This document shows, in pieces, positions 1 to 9,560 of a stretch of DNA of 64,000 nt (position 1 is the stretch's first letter; each line of letters begins with the position of its first letter). Source of the stretch: Dehalococcoidia bacterium (GTDB lineage Bacteria > Chloroflexota > Dehalococcoidia > SM23-28-2 > RBG-16-64-32); the NCBI GenBank assembly GCA_040877915.1, contig JBBDNA010000013.1, forward strand, positions 13,760-77,759. The letters are read 5' to 3'. Position numbers and translations under genes: made by a program. Below the pieces are notes generated by a model, which did not search any database, had not been told where the DNA came from, and was given only the letters and a program-made list of their open reading frames with translations.

Positions 1-641
1 GCCTCACCCCTACCGACTTCCTGGAGTGGTTTCTCAACGACCTCCGCATCTCGGCCTCCGCCGGCCGCATGGGCCGCCGTCTCTGGAACGCCTGCGGCCG
101 CCTGGACTTCGACGAGCTGAAAATCCCGCTCGCCGTCACCGCATTGGACCTCGCCAGCGGCCGCCAGGCCGTCATCCGCAGCGGCAACGTCGCCCGCGCC
201 GTCGAGGCCAGCATCCGCCCTCCCGTCGTCACCCGCCCGGTCCGCGTCAGCGGCCTCGACCTCGTCGACGGTGGCCTCCGCGATCCCGTCCCCGTGGCCG
301 TTGCCCGCAAGCTCGGCGCGACTCTCGTCATCGCCGTCCCCGTCGGCGAGCTGATCGTCCTGCCGCGACCCCTGCGGCCGCTATCGGCGCGCCTCGGCGC
401 CGCCTACCGCGCCCGCTCCTCTCGCCCCGGCGATCTCTGGAGCCAGGTCGCCTTCATGAGCGAGCTGCTCACCCGCGACCGCTCCGCCCGCGCCCGCGCC
501 GACGTCACGATCCGCCCCGACCTGCGCGGCGTCAGCGGCATGTGGCCCTGGCACATCCAGCGGGCCTACCGCCGCGGCCGCGCTGCCGCCCGCGCCGCCC
601 TGCCTGAGATCGAGCGGCTGCTGGCCGCCCGGGCCGCCTAG
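1..641 (+). CDS. Patatin-like phospholipase family protein (5' truncated by window edge)
   Basis: DFDELKIPLAVTALDLASG...VDGGLRDPVPV (patatin DGG motif); frame open from window start. Confidence 0.8.
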   Translation, partial: LTPTDFLEWFLNDLRISASAGRMGRRLWNACGRLDFDELKIPLAVTALDLASGRQAVIRSGNVARAVEASIRPPVVTRPVRVSGLDLVDGGLRDPVPVAVARKLGATLVIAVPVGELIVLPRPLRPLSARLGAAYRARSSRPGDLWSQVAFMSELLTRDRSARARADVTIRPDLRGVSGMWPWHIQRAYRRGRAAARAALPEIERLLAARAA

Positions 642-1075
642 CCTTCCCGCAACGGCAGCACCACCACCGCCTCGCCCGGCGTCGTCACGCCCTCCCGCTC
701 GTTCTCCGCCCAGACCTCAAGCCGCACGACCCCCTCGCCGTTTTCCCGCTCGAGGCCCGTCACCCTGCCCTTGCAGACCATCGTGTCGCCCGGCCGCTGC
801 TGCCGTCGCATCTCGAACGAGAGCTTGCGCAGGAACCCCGCGTCGCCCATCCAGTCCGTGACCACGCGCACCAGCGCCGCCTGCAGAAAACCCGTGTTCA
901 TGAACACGTCCTGGTGGCCGGCCTTCGCCGCGAACGCCGCGTCGTGGTGCACCGGGTACCAGTCCTGCGAGCCGCTGACCTGCAGGAACAGCCGCCGCGG
1001 CGTTATCTCCAGCGAGAACCCCTCCAGCTCGTCGCCGACGCTGACGTCCTCCCAACGGATTTGCTCCCGATTCAT
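638..1075 (-). CDS. MaoC-like hotdog-fold dehydratase
   Basis: SGSQDWYPVHHDAAFA hydratase motif; PGDTMVCKGRV. Confidence 0.8.
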   Translation of the reverse strand: MNREQIRWEDVSVGDELEGFSLEITPRRLFLQVSGSQDWYPVHHDAAFAAKAGHQDVFMNTGFLQAALVRVVTDWMGDAGFLRKLSFEMRRQQRPGDTMVCKGRVTGLERENGEGVVRLEVWAENEREGVTTPGEAVVVLPLREG

Positions 1076-1088
1076 GCGTTCGCTCCCG

Positions 1089-1181
1089 GTGGGACAGGCT
1101 TAAGCCTGTCGGCAACCTCATGTAGGTCGGGGTCTTCAGACCCCGACGAGACCGCGCGATGGTCTTCAGACGCTCGCCTAC
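1089..1181. repeat. REP-like palindromes (GTGG-GACAGGCTTAAGCCTGTC; GTAG-GTCGGGGTCTTCAGACCCCGAC)
   Basis: Intergenic hairpins with GTAG/GTGG head; the second recurs inverted at 24868-24893. Confidence 0.7.
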
Positions 1182-1208
1182 GTCGGCATTCGGTTCCCAT
1201 CGCTGCCG

Positions 1209-1757
1209 TCAGCCTGAAGGCTGACCCTCATGGGTGGCGGCGGCCGCCGCTACCTCCTCCGGCGTGCGATGCGTCAGCAGCGTGTTGCGGATCACGCAGA
1301 CAGTCTCGTCCCGCTGGTTCGTGATGATCGCCTCCGCGACGATCCACACCGCCTCCGGGTCCAGCGATATCGCTTTCTGGAACACGTCCGCCACCCGCCG
1401 CGTCACCGAGAGGTGGTCGCCCACCTTTATCCGCCCGAACCACTCCGTCTCCTGCCGCATGTTTATCAGCCGCTTCCCCGGCGTCGGCACTATCGGCAGC
1501 AGCGGCTCGAAGACGGCCGGCCACGGCCCCAGGCTGGCGAAGTACAGCGCCAGCCAGCCGGAGGGCGGGCACAGGCAGGCGCCGTGCTCGATCGCGCCGG
1601 CGTAGTCCGGGTCCAGGAACAGGGGGTTGTTATCGTCCACCATGTGGCAGTGGCGGCGGATGGCGTCGTGCTCTACCGGATAGCGGCCTCGCGCGCGGGG
1701 AATCTCAGTGCCGATGTACCTGGCGCGGACGGCCTCGATGTCGTACGGCTCGGACAT
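1209..1757 (-). CDS. MaoC dehydratase N-terminal-type (FAS1-like) hotdog protein
   Basis: VEHDAIRRHCHMVDDNNPLFLD motif; paired with the downstream MaoC gene. Confidence 0.75.
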   Translation of the reverse strand: MSEPYDIEAVRARYIGTEIPRARGRYPVEHDAIRRHCHMVDDNNPLFLDPDYAGAIEHGACLCPPSGWLALYFASLGPWPAVFEPLLPIVPTPGKRLINMRQETEWFGRIKVGDHLSVTRRVADVFQKAISLDPEAVWIVAEAIITNQRDETVCVIRNTLLTHRTPEEVAAAAATHEGQPSG

Positions 1758-1816
1758 GCCCTGCCTCCGGCGGGCAGTATAGCACGGGGGTGGCGTTTCG
1801 TTTCGCGGCGGGCCGG

Positions 1817-2272
1817 CTACTCGGAGATCAGCCGGACTACCGGCCGGTGGCGGACCTTGAAGTCCAGCTTGAAGCCGCTGTAGGCCGTCACCTCTTCCGG
1901 CGGCACGCCCTGCTCCAGCAGCTGCTCTACGAACGTCTGCGTCTCGGCCGGGTCCTCGAAGCGGTGCACCTCGGCCCCGCCATCCTTTGCCACGGAGACA
2001 AAGAACACGTCCCCCCTCGGCCGCGGCGTGGCCGGCGACGCTGTCGCGGTTGCGGCCGCCTGCTCCGGCCCCTCGTTGTCCAGGAAATCGGGACGGAACG
2101 ACATTCGCGAAGAGTCGCGTTCCTGGTCGCCGTTGCTCGGAGGGTCTTCCATCGGACTATCAGCTGTAGCGCCGCCGTTTTTGGCGGGGGCCGCAGCCCC
2201 CTTCTTCCCGGCGGCGGTTCCTGGCTCTTCCTCCTTGGTGTCTTTGCCGGACTTCGTCAGGCCGAACGGCAT
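1817..2272 (-). CDS. Hypothetical protein
   Basis: 151 aa ORF with SD (GAGG/AAGGA) and coding-like codon use. Confidence 0.6.
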   Translation of the reverse strand: MPFGLTKSGKDTKEEEPGTAAGKKGAAAPAKNGGATADSPMEDPPSNGDQERDSSRMSFRPDFLDNEGPEQAAATATASPATPRPRGDVFFVSVAKDGGAEVHRFEDPAETQTFVEQLLEQGVPPEEVTAYSGFKLDFKVRHRPVVRLISE

Positions 2273-2374
2273 CCTTTCCTCCCACCAGATAAGACGTGGC
2301 GTATCGATGCGCTGTTACAGATATGCAATTGATATTGACAGCCGAATTGACCGCCGATATGTTGAGGGCGTCCC

Positions 2375-2608
2375 ATGCTGGTCACCGTAGAGCTCAAGGG
2401 CTACCTCAACCGCTACTCCCCGGCCGGCGATCCCACCTTCCAGTTGGACGTCCCTGGCGGCGCCACCGTCCAGGCCATCGCCGGCCGCCTCAGCGTCCCC
2501 GACGAGATGGCCACCGTCGTCGTCATCAACGGCCGCAACGCCGACGTCGACGACGAACTCGCCGAGGGCGACGTCGTCACCCTCATCCCGCCGCTGTCCG
2601 GCGGCTAG
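2375..2608 (+). CDS. MoaD/ThiS family sulfur carrier protein
   Basis: 77 aa beta-grasp; VING...LAEGDVVTLIPPLSGG C-terminal GG. Confidence 0.9.
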   Translation: MLVTVELKGYLNRYSPAGDPTFQLDVPGGATVQAIAGRLSVPDEMATVVVINGRNADVDDELAEGDVVTLIPPLSGG

Positions 2609-2660
2609 TCGGGACCGCTCCAGCCCGCCTGTAACCGCTGATCCCCTCGCGCGTCTACTA

Positions 2661-2714
2661 TTGACGGCTGCCTGCGAATCCGGGATACTGCAACCGCAAT
2701 CTATTGCATCTGCA
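2661..2714 (+). promoter_or_regulatory. Sigma70 promoter (TTGACG-17-GATACT) with adjacent palindromic operator, candidate Zur box
   Basis: TGCAACC-GCAAT-CT-ATTGC-ATCTGCA inverted repeat directly after the -10, upstream of a Fur-family gene. Confidence 0.55.
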
Positions 2715-2731
2715 TCGAAAGGCGTATCGCC

Positions 2732-3166
2732 ATGAGCTGCGAAACCGAGACCGCCACCGCCCTCAAGGACGCCGGACAGAAGGTTACCCCACAGCGCATG
2801 CTCATCCTCTCCACCATCCGCCACGCCGGCGATCACCTCAACGCCTCCCGCATTCTCGCCGACGTGCACCGCTCCTACCCCTACGTCGACGCCTCCACCG
2901 TCTACCGCACCCTCGCCGCCGCCCGCGAGCTCGGTCTCGTCACCGAGACCGACATGGGCAGCGGCGACAACCAGTTCGAATGGATCGGCAAGGACCGCCA
3001 CCACCACCTCATCTGCCAGGCCTGCGGCGCCGTAGCCTCCCTGGACAACTCCTACCTGGACAGCCTCGCCTCCGCCCTCATGGACGACCGCGGCTTCCAG
3101 GCCAACCTGGAACACTTCGCCATCTTCGGGCTGTGCAAGACCTGCCGGCGCGGTGGGCGCGGCTAG
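2732..3166 (+). CDS. zur: Fur family regulator, likely Zur
   Basis: TPQR, STVYRTL, HHHLICQACG, CKTC; first gene of a Zn/Mn ABC operon. Confidence 0.8.
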   Translation: MSCETETATALKDAGQKVTPQRMLILSTIRHAGDHLNASRILADVHRSYPYVDASTVYRTLAAARELGLVTETDMGSGDNQFEWIGKDRHHHLICQACGAVASLDNSYLDSLASALMDDRGFQANLEHFAIFGLCKTCRRGGRG

Positions 3167-3182
3167 CGAGCGGCACGACGCC

Positions 3183-4232
3183 ATGCCCCCGCGCACCCTG
3201 TACGCCCTCACCGTAGCCCTGCTGGCCGTCCTCCTCGCCTTCGCTGCCTGCAACGACGATAAAAACGGCGACGGAGACGCCGGTGACGATGGCAATGGCA
3301 ATCGCCCTTCCGCTGAGGCCCTCCGAGTTCTTTCTACCGTCTCCCCCATCACCAGCATCGCCGAGAACATCGGCGGTACGAGGATCAAGCTCGAAGGCCT
3401 CGTCCCTGAGGGCGTCAACTCCCACACCTTCGAGCCGCCCGTCTCATTCGTTGCCAAGATCGCCGACGCCGACCTCATCATCCTCAACGGCCTCCAGCTG
3501 GAAGACCCCACCCTGGAGCTCGCCGAGGCCAACAAGCAGGACGACGCCGTCATCCTCCTCGTCGGCGACAACACCATCACCCCCGACGAGTACAAGTTCG
3601 ACTTTAGCTTCCCCGAGTCCGAGGGTATGCCCAACCCCCACCTCTGGCCCAACCCCCGGCTCACCGCCAACTACGCTGAACTCATCCACGAACAGCTCGT
3701 GGAGCTCGACCCCGATAACGCCGGTTACTACGACACCAACTACGATGAGCTGACGGCCCGCCTCCAGGCGCTGGACGACGCTATGGCCGAGGCCACCGCT
3801 ACCGTCCCCGAAGAGAACCGGCGCCTGCTCACCTACCACGACTCCTGGGCCTACTGGGCGGAGCTCTACGGCTTCACCGTCGTCGGCGCCATTCAGCCCT
3901 CGGACTTCGCCGAACCCTCCGCCGGCGAGGTCGCCGACCTCATCGACCAGATCAACGAGGAGCAGATCCCTGCCATCTTCGGCTCCGAGGTCTTCCCCAG
4001 CCCCGTGCTCGTGCAGATCGCCGACGAGACCGGCGCCGAGTTCATCGACGACCTCCGCGACGACGATCTCCCCGGCGAGCCCGGTGACGACCGCCACTCC
4101 TACATCGGCCTGATGGTCCAGAACATGCGGGTCATGCTCCCCGCCCTCGGCGGCGACGCCTCCGCTATGGATAGCGTCGACGCCTCCCTTGTCTTCACGG
4201 ACGGCGACAGCCCGGCGAACTATCCCCAGTAG
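3183..4232 (+). CDS. znuA: Zn/Mn ABC transporter substrate-binding lipoprotein
   Basis: Lipobox FAAC; NSHTFEP, NGLQLE, NPHLW, TYHDSWAY. Confidence 0.85.
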   Translation: MPPRTLYALTVALLAVLLAFAACNDDKNGDGDAGDDGNGNRPSAEALRVLSTVSPITSIAENIGGTRIKLEGLVPEGVNSHTFEPPVSFVAKIADADLIILNGLQLEDPTLELAEANKQDDAVILLVGDNTITPDEYKFDFSFPESEGMPNPHLWPNPRLTANYAELIHEQLVELDPDNAGYYDTNYDELTARLQALDDAMAEATATVPEENRRLLTYHDSWAYWAELYGFTVVGAIQPSDFAEPSAGEVADLIDQINEEQIPAIFGSEVFPSPVLVQIADETGAEFIDDLRDDDLPGEPGDDRHSYIGLMVQNMRVMLPALGGDASAMDSVDASLVFTDGDSPANYPQ

Positions 4233-4241
4233 AATGCGGTC

Positions 4242-5090
4242 ATGCTCCATCCTGTCCCTCATGAGATCGAGGAAGCGCGACCGGCCGTCGAACTGCGCGG
4301 CCTCACCTGCGGCTACGACGGCGTCCCCGCCCTCTCTGACGTCAATCTGACCATCGCCGCCGGCGACTTCGTCGGCCTCGTCGGCCCTAGCGGGGCCGGT
4401 AAGACCACGCTGCTCCGCGCTATCCTCGGCGCCGTCGAAGTTTACCGCGGCCAGGCCTACGTGGAAGGTAGGCCGGTCAGCGGCGGTCGCGCCCGCGCCG
4501 GCTACGTACCCCAGCTGGAGACCATCGACTGGACCTTCCCCGTAACCGTCGAGCAGGTCGTCCTCATGGGCCGCGCCGCCGACGGCTGGCTCCCCTGGAG
4601 CCCCCGCGCCGCCCGCGAGCGGGCCCAGGCCATCATGGAACGCCTGGGCATCGCGCACCTGGCCCGCCGCCACATCCGCGCCCTCTCCGGCGGCCAGCAG
4701 CAGCGCGCCTTCCTGGGCCGAGCGCTCGTCTCCAACCCCCGTCTCCTCCTCCTCGACGAGCCCACGGCCGGCGTCGACATCAAGACCCGCGACGACATCC
4801 TCCACCTGCTGGACGAACTGAACCACGAGGGCGTCACCGTGATCATGACCACCCACGAGCTCAACGCCGTCGCCGCCCACCTCCCCTGGGTCGTCTGCGT
4901 CAACCAGGAGATCATCGCCGAAGGCCCGCCCTCGGACGTGTACAAACCGGCCATCCTCAAGCGTACCTACGGCGCCGACATGGCCGTCTTCGAGTACGAA
5001 GGCATGACGCTCGTCGCCGAGACGCCTCACCGGCTGGGGCGCGCCGCCGGACCCCACAAGGCCCGCGGCCGCAACGGAGGCCAGGCCTAG
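4242..5090 (+). CDS. znuC: Zn/Mn ABC transporter ATP-binding protein
   Basis: GPSGAGKT, LSGGQQQR, LLLDEP. Confidence 0.9.
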   Translation: MLHPVPHEIEEARPAVELRGLTCGYDGVPALSDVNLTIAAGDFVGLVGPSGAGKTTLLRAILGAVEVYRGQAYVEGRPVSGGRARAGYVPQLETIDWTFPVTVEQVVLMGRAADGWLPWSPRAARERAQAIMERLGIAHLARRHIRALSGGQQQRAFLGRALVSNPRLLLLDEPTAGVDIKTRDDILHLLDELNHEGVTVIMTTHELNAVAAHLPWVVCVNQEIIAEGPPSDVYKPAILKRTYGADMAVFEYEGMTLVAETPHRLGRAAGPHKARGRNGGQA

Positions 5091-5974
5091 TGTTCGAGCC
5101 CCTGCAGTACGAGTTCTTCCAGCGCGGCCTCATCGCCGCCACGATGGTCGGCGGCCTCTGCGGCCTCATCGGCGTGTACGTCGTCCTGCGCAAGATGAGC
5201 TACATCGGCCACGGCCTCTCCCACGCCATCTTCGGCGGCGCCGTTGTCAGCTACGTCCTGTCGATAAACTTCTACCTGGGCGCCAGCGCCTGGGGCTTCC
5301 TCACCGCCCTCCTAATCAACGCCACCACCCGCCGCCGCAAGTTCATCGCCGCCGACGCCGCCATCGGCATCATCACCACCGCCAGCTTCGCCCTCGGCGT
5401 CGCCCTCATCTCCCGCTACCGCACCTTCACTCGCAGCTTCGATGCAGCTCTCTTCGGCAACATCCTCGGCGTCACCCAGAACGACCTCTACGCCCTCTAC
5501 GCCGTCAGCGCCGTGGTGCTCGTCCTCGTCCTCGCCCTGTACCGTCGCCTCCTCTTCACCACCTTCGACCCCGAAGTCGCGCCCTTCTACGGCGTCCGCA
5601 CGGAGTGGATCGACACGCTGTTCTCGCTCATCCTCGCCGGGACCATCGTCGTCTCCATGCAGGTGATGGGCGTCACCCTTATCGCCGCCTCGCTCGTCAT
5701 CCCGCCCGTCACCGCCCGCCTCCTGACCAATAGCTTCAGCCGGCTGATGGCGCTATCCGTGATCATCGGCGCGCTGTGCGGCTTCGTGGGGATGTACGCC
5801 AGCTTCTACGTAGACGTCTCGTCCGGCGCCAACATCGTCCTCGTCGCCGCCGCCGCCTTCATGCTGGCGATGCTCTACTCCGCCGTCTCGCGCCGGCTGG
5901 CCACCGCGCGCGGCCTGGCCGCTCCGCCTCTGGCGCCGTCTCCCGCGGCGCGGGAGCACGCCCTGTTCGAGTAG
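5090..5974 (+). CDS. znuB: Zn/Mn ABC transporter permease
   Basis: VVLRKMSYIGHGLSHA, LFGNIL, TFDPE; multiple TM segments. Confidence 0.9.
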   Translation: MFEPLQYEFFQRGLIAATMVGGLCGLIGVYVVLRKMSYIGHGLSHAIFGGAVVSYVLSINFYLGASAWGFLTALLINATTRRRKFIAADAAIGIITTASFALGVALISRYRTFTRSFDAALFGNILGVTQNDLYALYAVSAVVLVLVLALYRRLLFTTFDPEVAPFYGVRTEWIDTLFSLILAGTIVVSMQVMGVTLIAASLVIPPVTARLLTNSFSRLMALSVIIGALCGFVGMYASFYVDVSSGANIVLVAAAAFMLAMLYSAVSRRLATARGLAAPPLAPSPAAREHALFE

Positions 5975-5977
5975 GCG

Positions 5978-7135
5978 CTAGGGCAGGTACAGCAGCGGGT
6001 CCACCGGCGCCCCGCCGATCCACATCTCGAAGTGCAGGTGCGTCCCATCCGTGCCGATGACGTACCCCGTGTTCCCAACGCCGCCGAGCCCCTCGCCCTG
6101 GGCCACGTACTGCCCGTACCCAACCCAGATATCCGACAGGTGCGCGTACAGCGTCTCCGAGCCGTCATCGTGCCGGACGATCACGTAGTTCCCGAACGCC
6201 ACATCCTCCGCCACTACCAGCACCACCTGCCCCGCGGCCGCCGCCACGACCGGCGTCCCTGCCTGGCCGTACCCGTCGATGTCTATCCCCAGGTGGTACA
6301 CGCCCGGGCCGCGCGGCTCGCCGTAGTAGCTGGTTATCGGCCCGATGAACGGCCAGACGTACAGCCCGCCCGGCGCCGGGCTCGGCGAAGCGGGAACGGG
6401 CACCGGCTCGGGCTCAGGGGGCGGCGGTGGTGGCGGCGGCGGCGGCACCGCCCCCGGCAGCACCAGCGTCTTCCCCTCGATCAGCGCTTCCGGCGCTCCC
6501 AGCTCGTTCGGCGCGAAGTCGATAATGCTCGCCAGGTCTATCCCGTAGTAGGCCGCGATGTCCGAGATCGTGTCGCCCAGCTTCACGCGGTAGATCAGCC
6601 CGTCGATGCTCGGCACCAGTATCTCCTGGCCCGCCACTACGTAGTTCGGGTCTGAGCCCAGCTCATTGTTGTTCCACAGGATGTACTCCGGGCTGATCCC
6701 GAACGCCACCGCTATCGTATCGATCGAGTCGCCCGGCTGGATGACGTAGGTGTAGAACATCGGCGGCAGCTCCGGCACCGGCGTCGGCTCCGCCGTCGGC
6801 GCCGGCGTTGGCGTGGCCGTCGCCTCCTCTATCGGTTCCTCCGGCCGCGGCACCACGCCCGACGACGTCGACAGCACGACCGGTTGGTCCAGGTACTTCG
6901 ACTCGTCCAGGGTCACCGGCTCCGCCGTCGCCGGAGCGCCTTCGCCGCTGGCCTGCCGGAACGCCCCGCCCAGCACCATCACCGCGATCAGCGCGGCCAG
7001 CCCTATCAGCAGGCCGTGAAGCAGGAAGCGCTGGTTAGTGACGAGCGAATGCCCCGCCGCGGGACGGCGGGCGTTGTCAGCGCCTTCCCCTGCGGACCGC
7101 CGCGTCCGCCGGGGCGGAGTATGCGGGTCCCGAAT
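5978..7135 (-). CDS. LysM x2 + M23 peptidase, membrane-anchored (start uncertain: ATT at 7135 or GTG at 6982)
   Basis: YVIQPGDS and YRVKLGDT LysM repeats, Pro-rich linker, HLGID and HLHFE M23 motifs; frame open to 7135 behind GGAGG. Confidence 0.85.
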   Translation of the reverse strand: MRDPHTPPRRTRRSAGEGADNARRPAAGHSLVTNQRFLLHGLLIGLAALIAVMVLGGAFRQASGEGAPATAEPVTLDESKYLDQPVVLSTSSGVVPRPEEPIEEATATPTPAPTAEPTPVPELPPMFYTYVIQPGDSIDTIAVAFGISPEYILWNNNELGSDPNYVVAGQEILVPSIDGLIYRVKLGDTISDIAAYYGIDLASIIDFAPNELGAPEALIEGKTLVLPGAVPPPPPPPPPPEPEPVPVPASPSPAPGGLYVWPFIGPITSYYGEPRGPGVYHLGIDIDGYGQAGTPVVAAAAGQVVLVVAEDVAFGNYVIVRHDDGSETLYAHLSDIWVGYGQYVAQGEGLGGVGNTGYVIGTDGTHLHFEMWIGGAPVDPLLYLP

Positions 7136-7383
7136 AGGTCATCCTCCATCGGCCGCGGGTAGCCAACCGCTGGCCTCATCCGGCTCCCCTGTTTCCGCCA
7201 CACCCGGCTGCCCGAGTGCAGACGCGGCGTATTATAGCCCATTTGTCAAGGTTCGCACAAATTTACGTATTATTATTGACGCTTTACCGAGGTCATCGCC
7301 GAGCCCACTGGCGGCCGGCAGGTTGCACAGGGCGCAGTACGCGGCCCGGGCGTGGGGTGGGGCGTGTCAGGGGAGGGGCCGGG

Positions 7384-7695
7384 CTACGCCGTCGCCACCT
7401 TGATGTCCTCCCCCTCCACCTGCACCTTGTACGTCGGGATTGGCTCCTCCGGCGGCTCGTCCACCACCTCGCCCGTCCTCACGTCGAACCGGCCCTGGTG
7501 GTACGGACACTCCACGATTCCGTCCTCCAGGATCCCTTCGGAGAGCGGTCCGCCGCGGTGCGTGCACTCGTTCCCGAACGCCACGATCTGCCCGTCCACG
7601 TTGGCCAGCACGACGTCCTGGCCGTCCACCTGCACCAGCAGCATCTCCCCCGCCGGCACATCGCTCACGCTCGCGACCTTCTGGAAGTCCGACAT
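7384..7695 (-). CDS. Rieske-type [2Fe-2S] ferredoxin
   Basis: CTHRGGPL...CPYHQGRFDVRTG; SD GAAGGAGG before MSDFQKV. Confidence 0.9.
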   Translation of the reverse strand: MSDFQKVASVSDVPAGEMLLVQVDGQDVVLANVDGQIVAFGNECTHRGGPLSEGILEDGIVECPYHQGRFDVRTGEVVDEPPEEPIPTYKVQVEGEDIKVATA

Positions 7696-7814
7696 GAAGC
7701 CTCCTTCGTGATCTCTGCCTGCGCTCGGCCCCATGATAGCATCGCCCCATCTTGCCGGCAGCCCGACCCCGGTGGTACCATACTATCCGACAGCACGCGA
7801 ATGCGGCTGGCCAG

Positions 7815-7946
7815 CCTTTAAGCCGGTCCCGAGAGGCCGGCAAGGAGCGACAGCCCTGGACAGCGTACCCGGTCCCGGCAAGACCGCCATACCTGAATAC
7901 GAACCTGACACCAGGCCCTCTCGCCGTTGCGGCGCGAGGGTTCTTT
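7815..7946 (+). promoter_or_regulatory. PyrR-binding attenuator leader (binding stem-loop plus terminator)
   Basis: CCTTTAAGCCGGTCCCGAGAGGCCGGCAAGG resembles the PyrR site (ARUCCNGNGAGGYU); terminator CCCTCTCGCCG...CGGCGCGAGGG-TTCTTT at 7916-7946, upstream of pyrR. Confidence 0.8.
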
Positions 7947-8016
7947 GTCAAAGAGGGCTAGCCCGCCTCCCCTGTCCCTTGCCCCTAGTTCCGGGGCGGC
8001 CGCAGGGAGGCGGGCC

Positions 8017-8556
8017 GTGAAGACCATCCTCAACGCCGAGGACGTCCGCCGCGCCGTCGCCCGCATCGCCCACGAGATCGTCGAGCGCAACCGCGGCCTC
8101 GACGACGTCGTCCTCGTCGGCATGCGCACGCGCGGCGTCCCCCTGGCCGAGCGTCTGGCCTCCGCCATCCAGGAGTTCGAAGGCCGCGCTGTCCCCGTCG
8201 GCGCCCTCGACATCGGCCTCTACCGCGACGACATCCCGGCCATGGAGCTCCGAGCCCAGATCAAGCCCACCGAGCTCCCCACCGACATCGCTGGCAAGCG
8301 CGTCGTCCTCGTCGACGATGTCCTCTACACCGGCCGCAGCATCCGCGCCGCCCTCGACGCCCTCATCGACTTCGGCCGGCCCGCCAGCATCCAGCTCGCC
8401 GTCATCGTCGACCGCGGCCACCGCGAGCTCCCCATACGGCCCGACTACGTAGGCAAGAACATACCCACCGCCGCCGACGAAGACGTGCAGGTCCTGCTGG
8501 AGGAGACCGACGGCCGCGACGAGGTCGTCGTGACAGATGTGGAGGGAGAGCGATGA
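8017..8556 (+). CDS. pyrR: Bifunctional pyr operon attenuation protein/uracil phosphoribosyltransferase
   Basis: [45 protein letters not shown]; GTG after GGGAGG. Confidence 0.97.
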   Translation: MKTILNAEDVRRAVARIAHEIVERNRGLDDVVLVGMRTRGVPLAERLASAIQEFEGRAVPVGALDIGLYRDDIPAMELRAQIKPTELPTDIAGKRVVLVDDVLYTGRSIRAALDALIDFGRPASIQLAVIVDRGHRELPIRPDYVGKNIPTAADEDVQVLLEETDGRDEVVVTDVEGER

Positions 8557-9560
8557 CCGAAGAACGCGCAGCCGGCGGCGTCAGCGCCGCCACCGCCGCC
8601 CTGGAGGCCCAGCCCGCCTGGACCCGCCGCCACGTCCTCGACCTCGATGACTTCTCCGTCGCCGAGATCGACGCCGTCATGGACACCACCGAGGCGATGA
8701 AGGAGGTGTTGGGTCGCGACGTCCCCCGCGTCCCCGCCCTGCGCGGCCTCACCGTCGTCACCCTCTTCTACGAGGCGTCAACCCGCACCCGCGCCTCCTT
8801 CGAGCTTGCCGCCAAGGCCCTCGGCGCAGACGTCATCAACCTCGCCGCCTCCGGTTCCAGCGTCCAGAAGGGCGAATCGCTCTACGATACGGTTCGCACG
8901 ATCCAGGCCGTGGGCGCCCAGGTCATCATCATGCGGCACGGCGCCTCCGGCGCCCCCTACCTCGTCGCCCGGCACGTCGACATGAACGTCATAAACGCCG
9001 GCGACGGCTGGCACGCCCACCCCACCCAGGGCCTCCTCGACATCTTCACCATGCGCGCCCACCTCGGCGACCTCCGCGGCAAGCGCGTCGTCATCGTCGG
9101 CGACATCGCCCACAGCCGCGTCGCCCGCTCCAACATCTGGGGACTGGCCGCCCTCGGCGCCGCCGTCACCGTCTGCGCCCCGCCCACCCTCATCCCCGCC
9201 GGCGTCGGCGCTAACGGCGAGGAGCCGCTCGCCCTACCACGAGTCGACGTCGAGACCGACCTCGACCGCGCAATCGAGGGGGCCGACGTCGTCATGGCTC
9301 TGCGTCTGCAGCTGGAGCGCATGACCTCCGGCCTCCTCCCCTCCCTCCGCGAGTACGCCCGCCTCTACCAGCTCACCGAGGAGCGCGTGGCCCGCGCCCG
9401 TCCCGGCGCGCTGGTCATGCACCCCGGCCCCATGAACGAAGGCGTGGAGATCGCCCCCGCCGTCGCCCGCTCCCTCCAGTCCACCGTCGAGGAGCAGGTC
9501 GCCAACGGCGTCGCCGTCCGCATGGCCGTCCTCTACCTCCTGGGCAGGTCCCGCGCATGA
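8553..9560 (+). CDS. pyrB: Aspartate carbamoyltransferase catalytic subunit
   Basis: [22 protein letters not shown]. Confidence 0.97.
   Translation: MTEERAAGGVSAATAALEAQPAWTRRHVLDLDDFSVAEIDAVMDTTEAMKEVLGRDVPRVPALRGLTVVTLFYEASTRTRASFELAAKALGADVINLAASGSSVQKGESLYDTVRTIQAVGAQVIIMRHGASGAPYLVARHVDMNVINAGDGWHAHPTQGLLDIFTMRAHLGDLRGKRVVIVGDIAHSRVARSNIWGLAALGAAVTVCAPPTLIPAGVGANGEEPLALPRVDVETDLDRAIEGADVVMALRLQLERMTSGLLPSLREYARLYQLTEERVARARPGALVMHPGPMNEGVEIAPAVARSLQSTVEEQVANGVAVRMAVLYLLGRSRA

Noticed and set aside
6390-6450. GGC/GGT-rich microsatellite
   Set aside because: Encodes the poly-Pro linker of the LysM/M23 protein.
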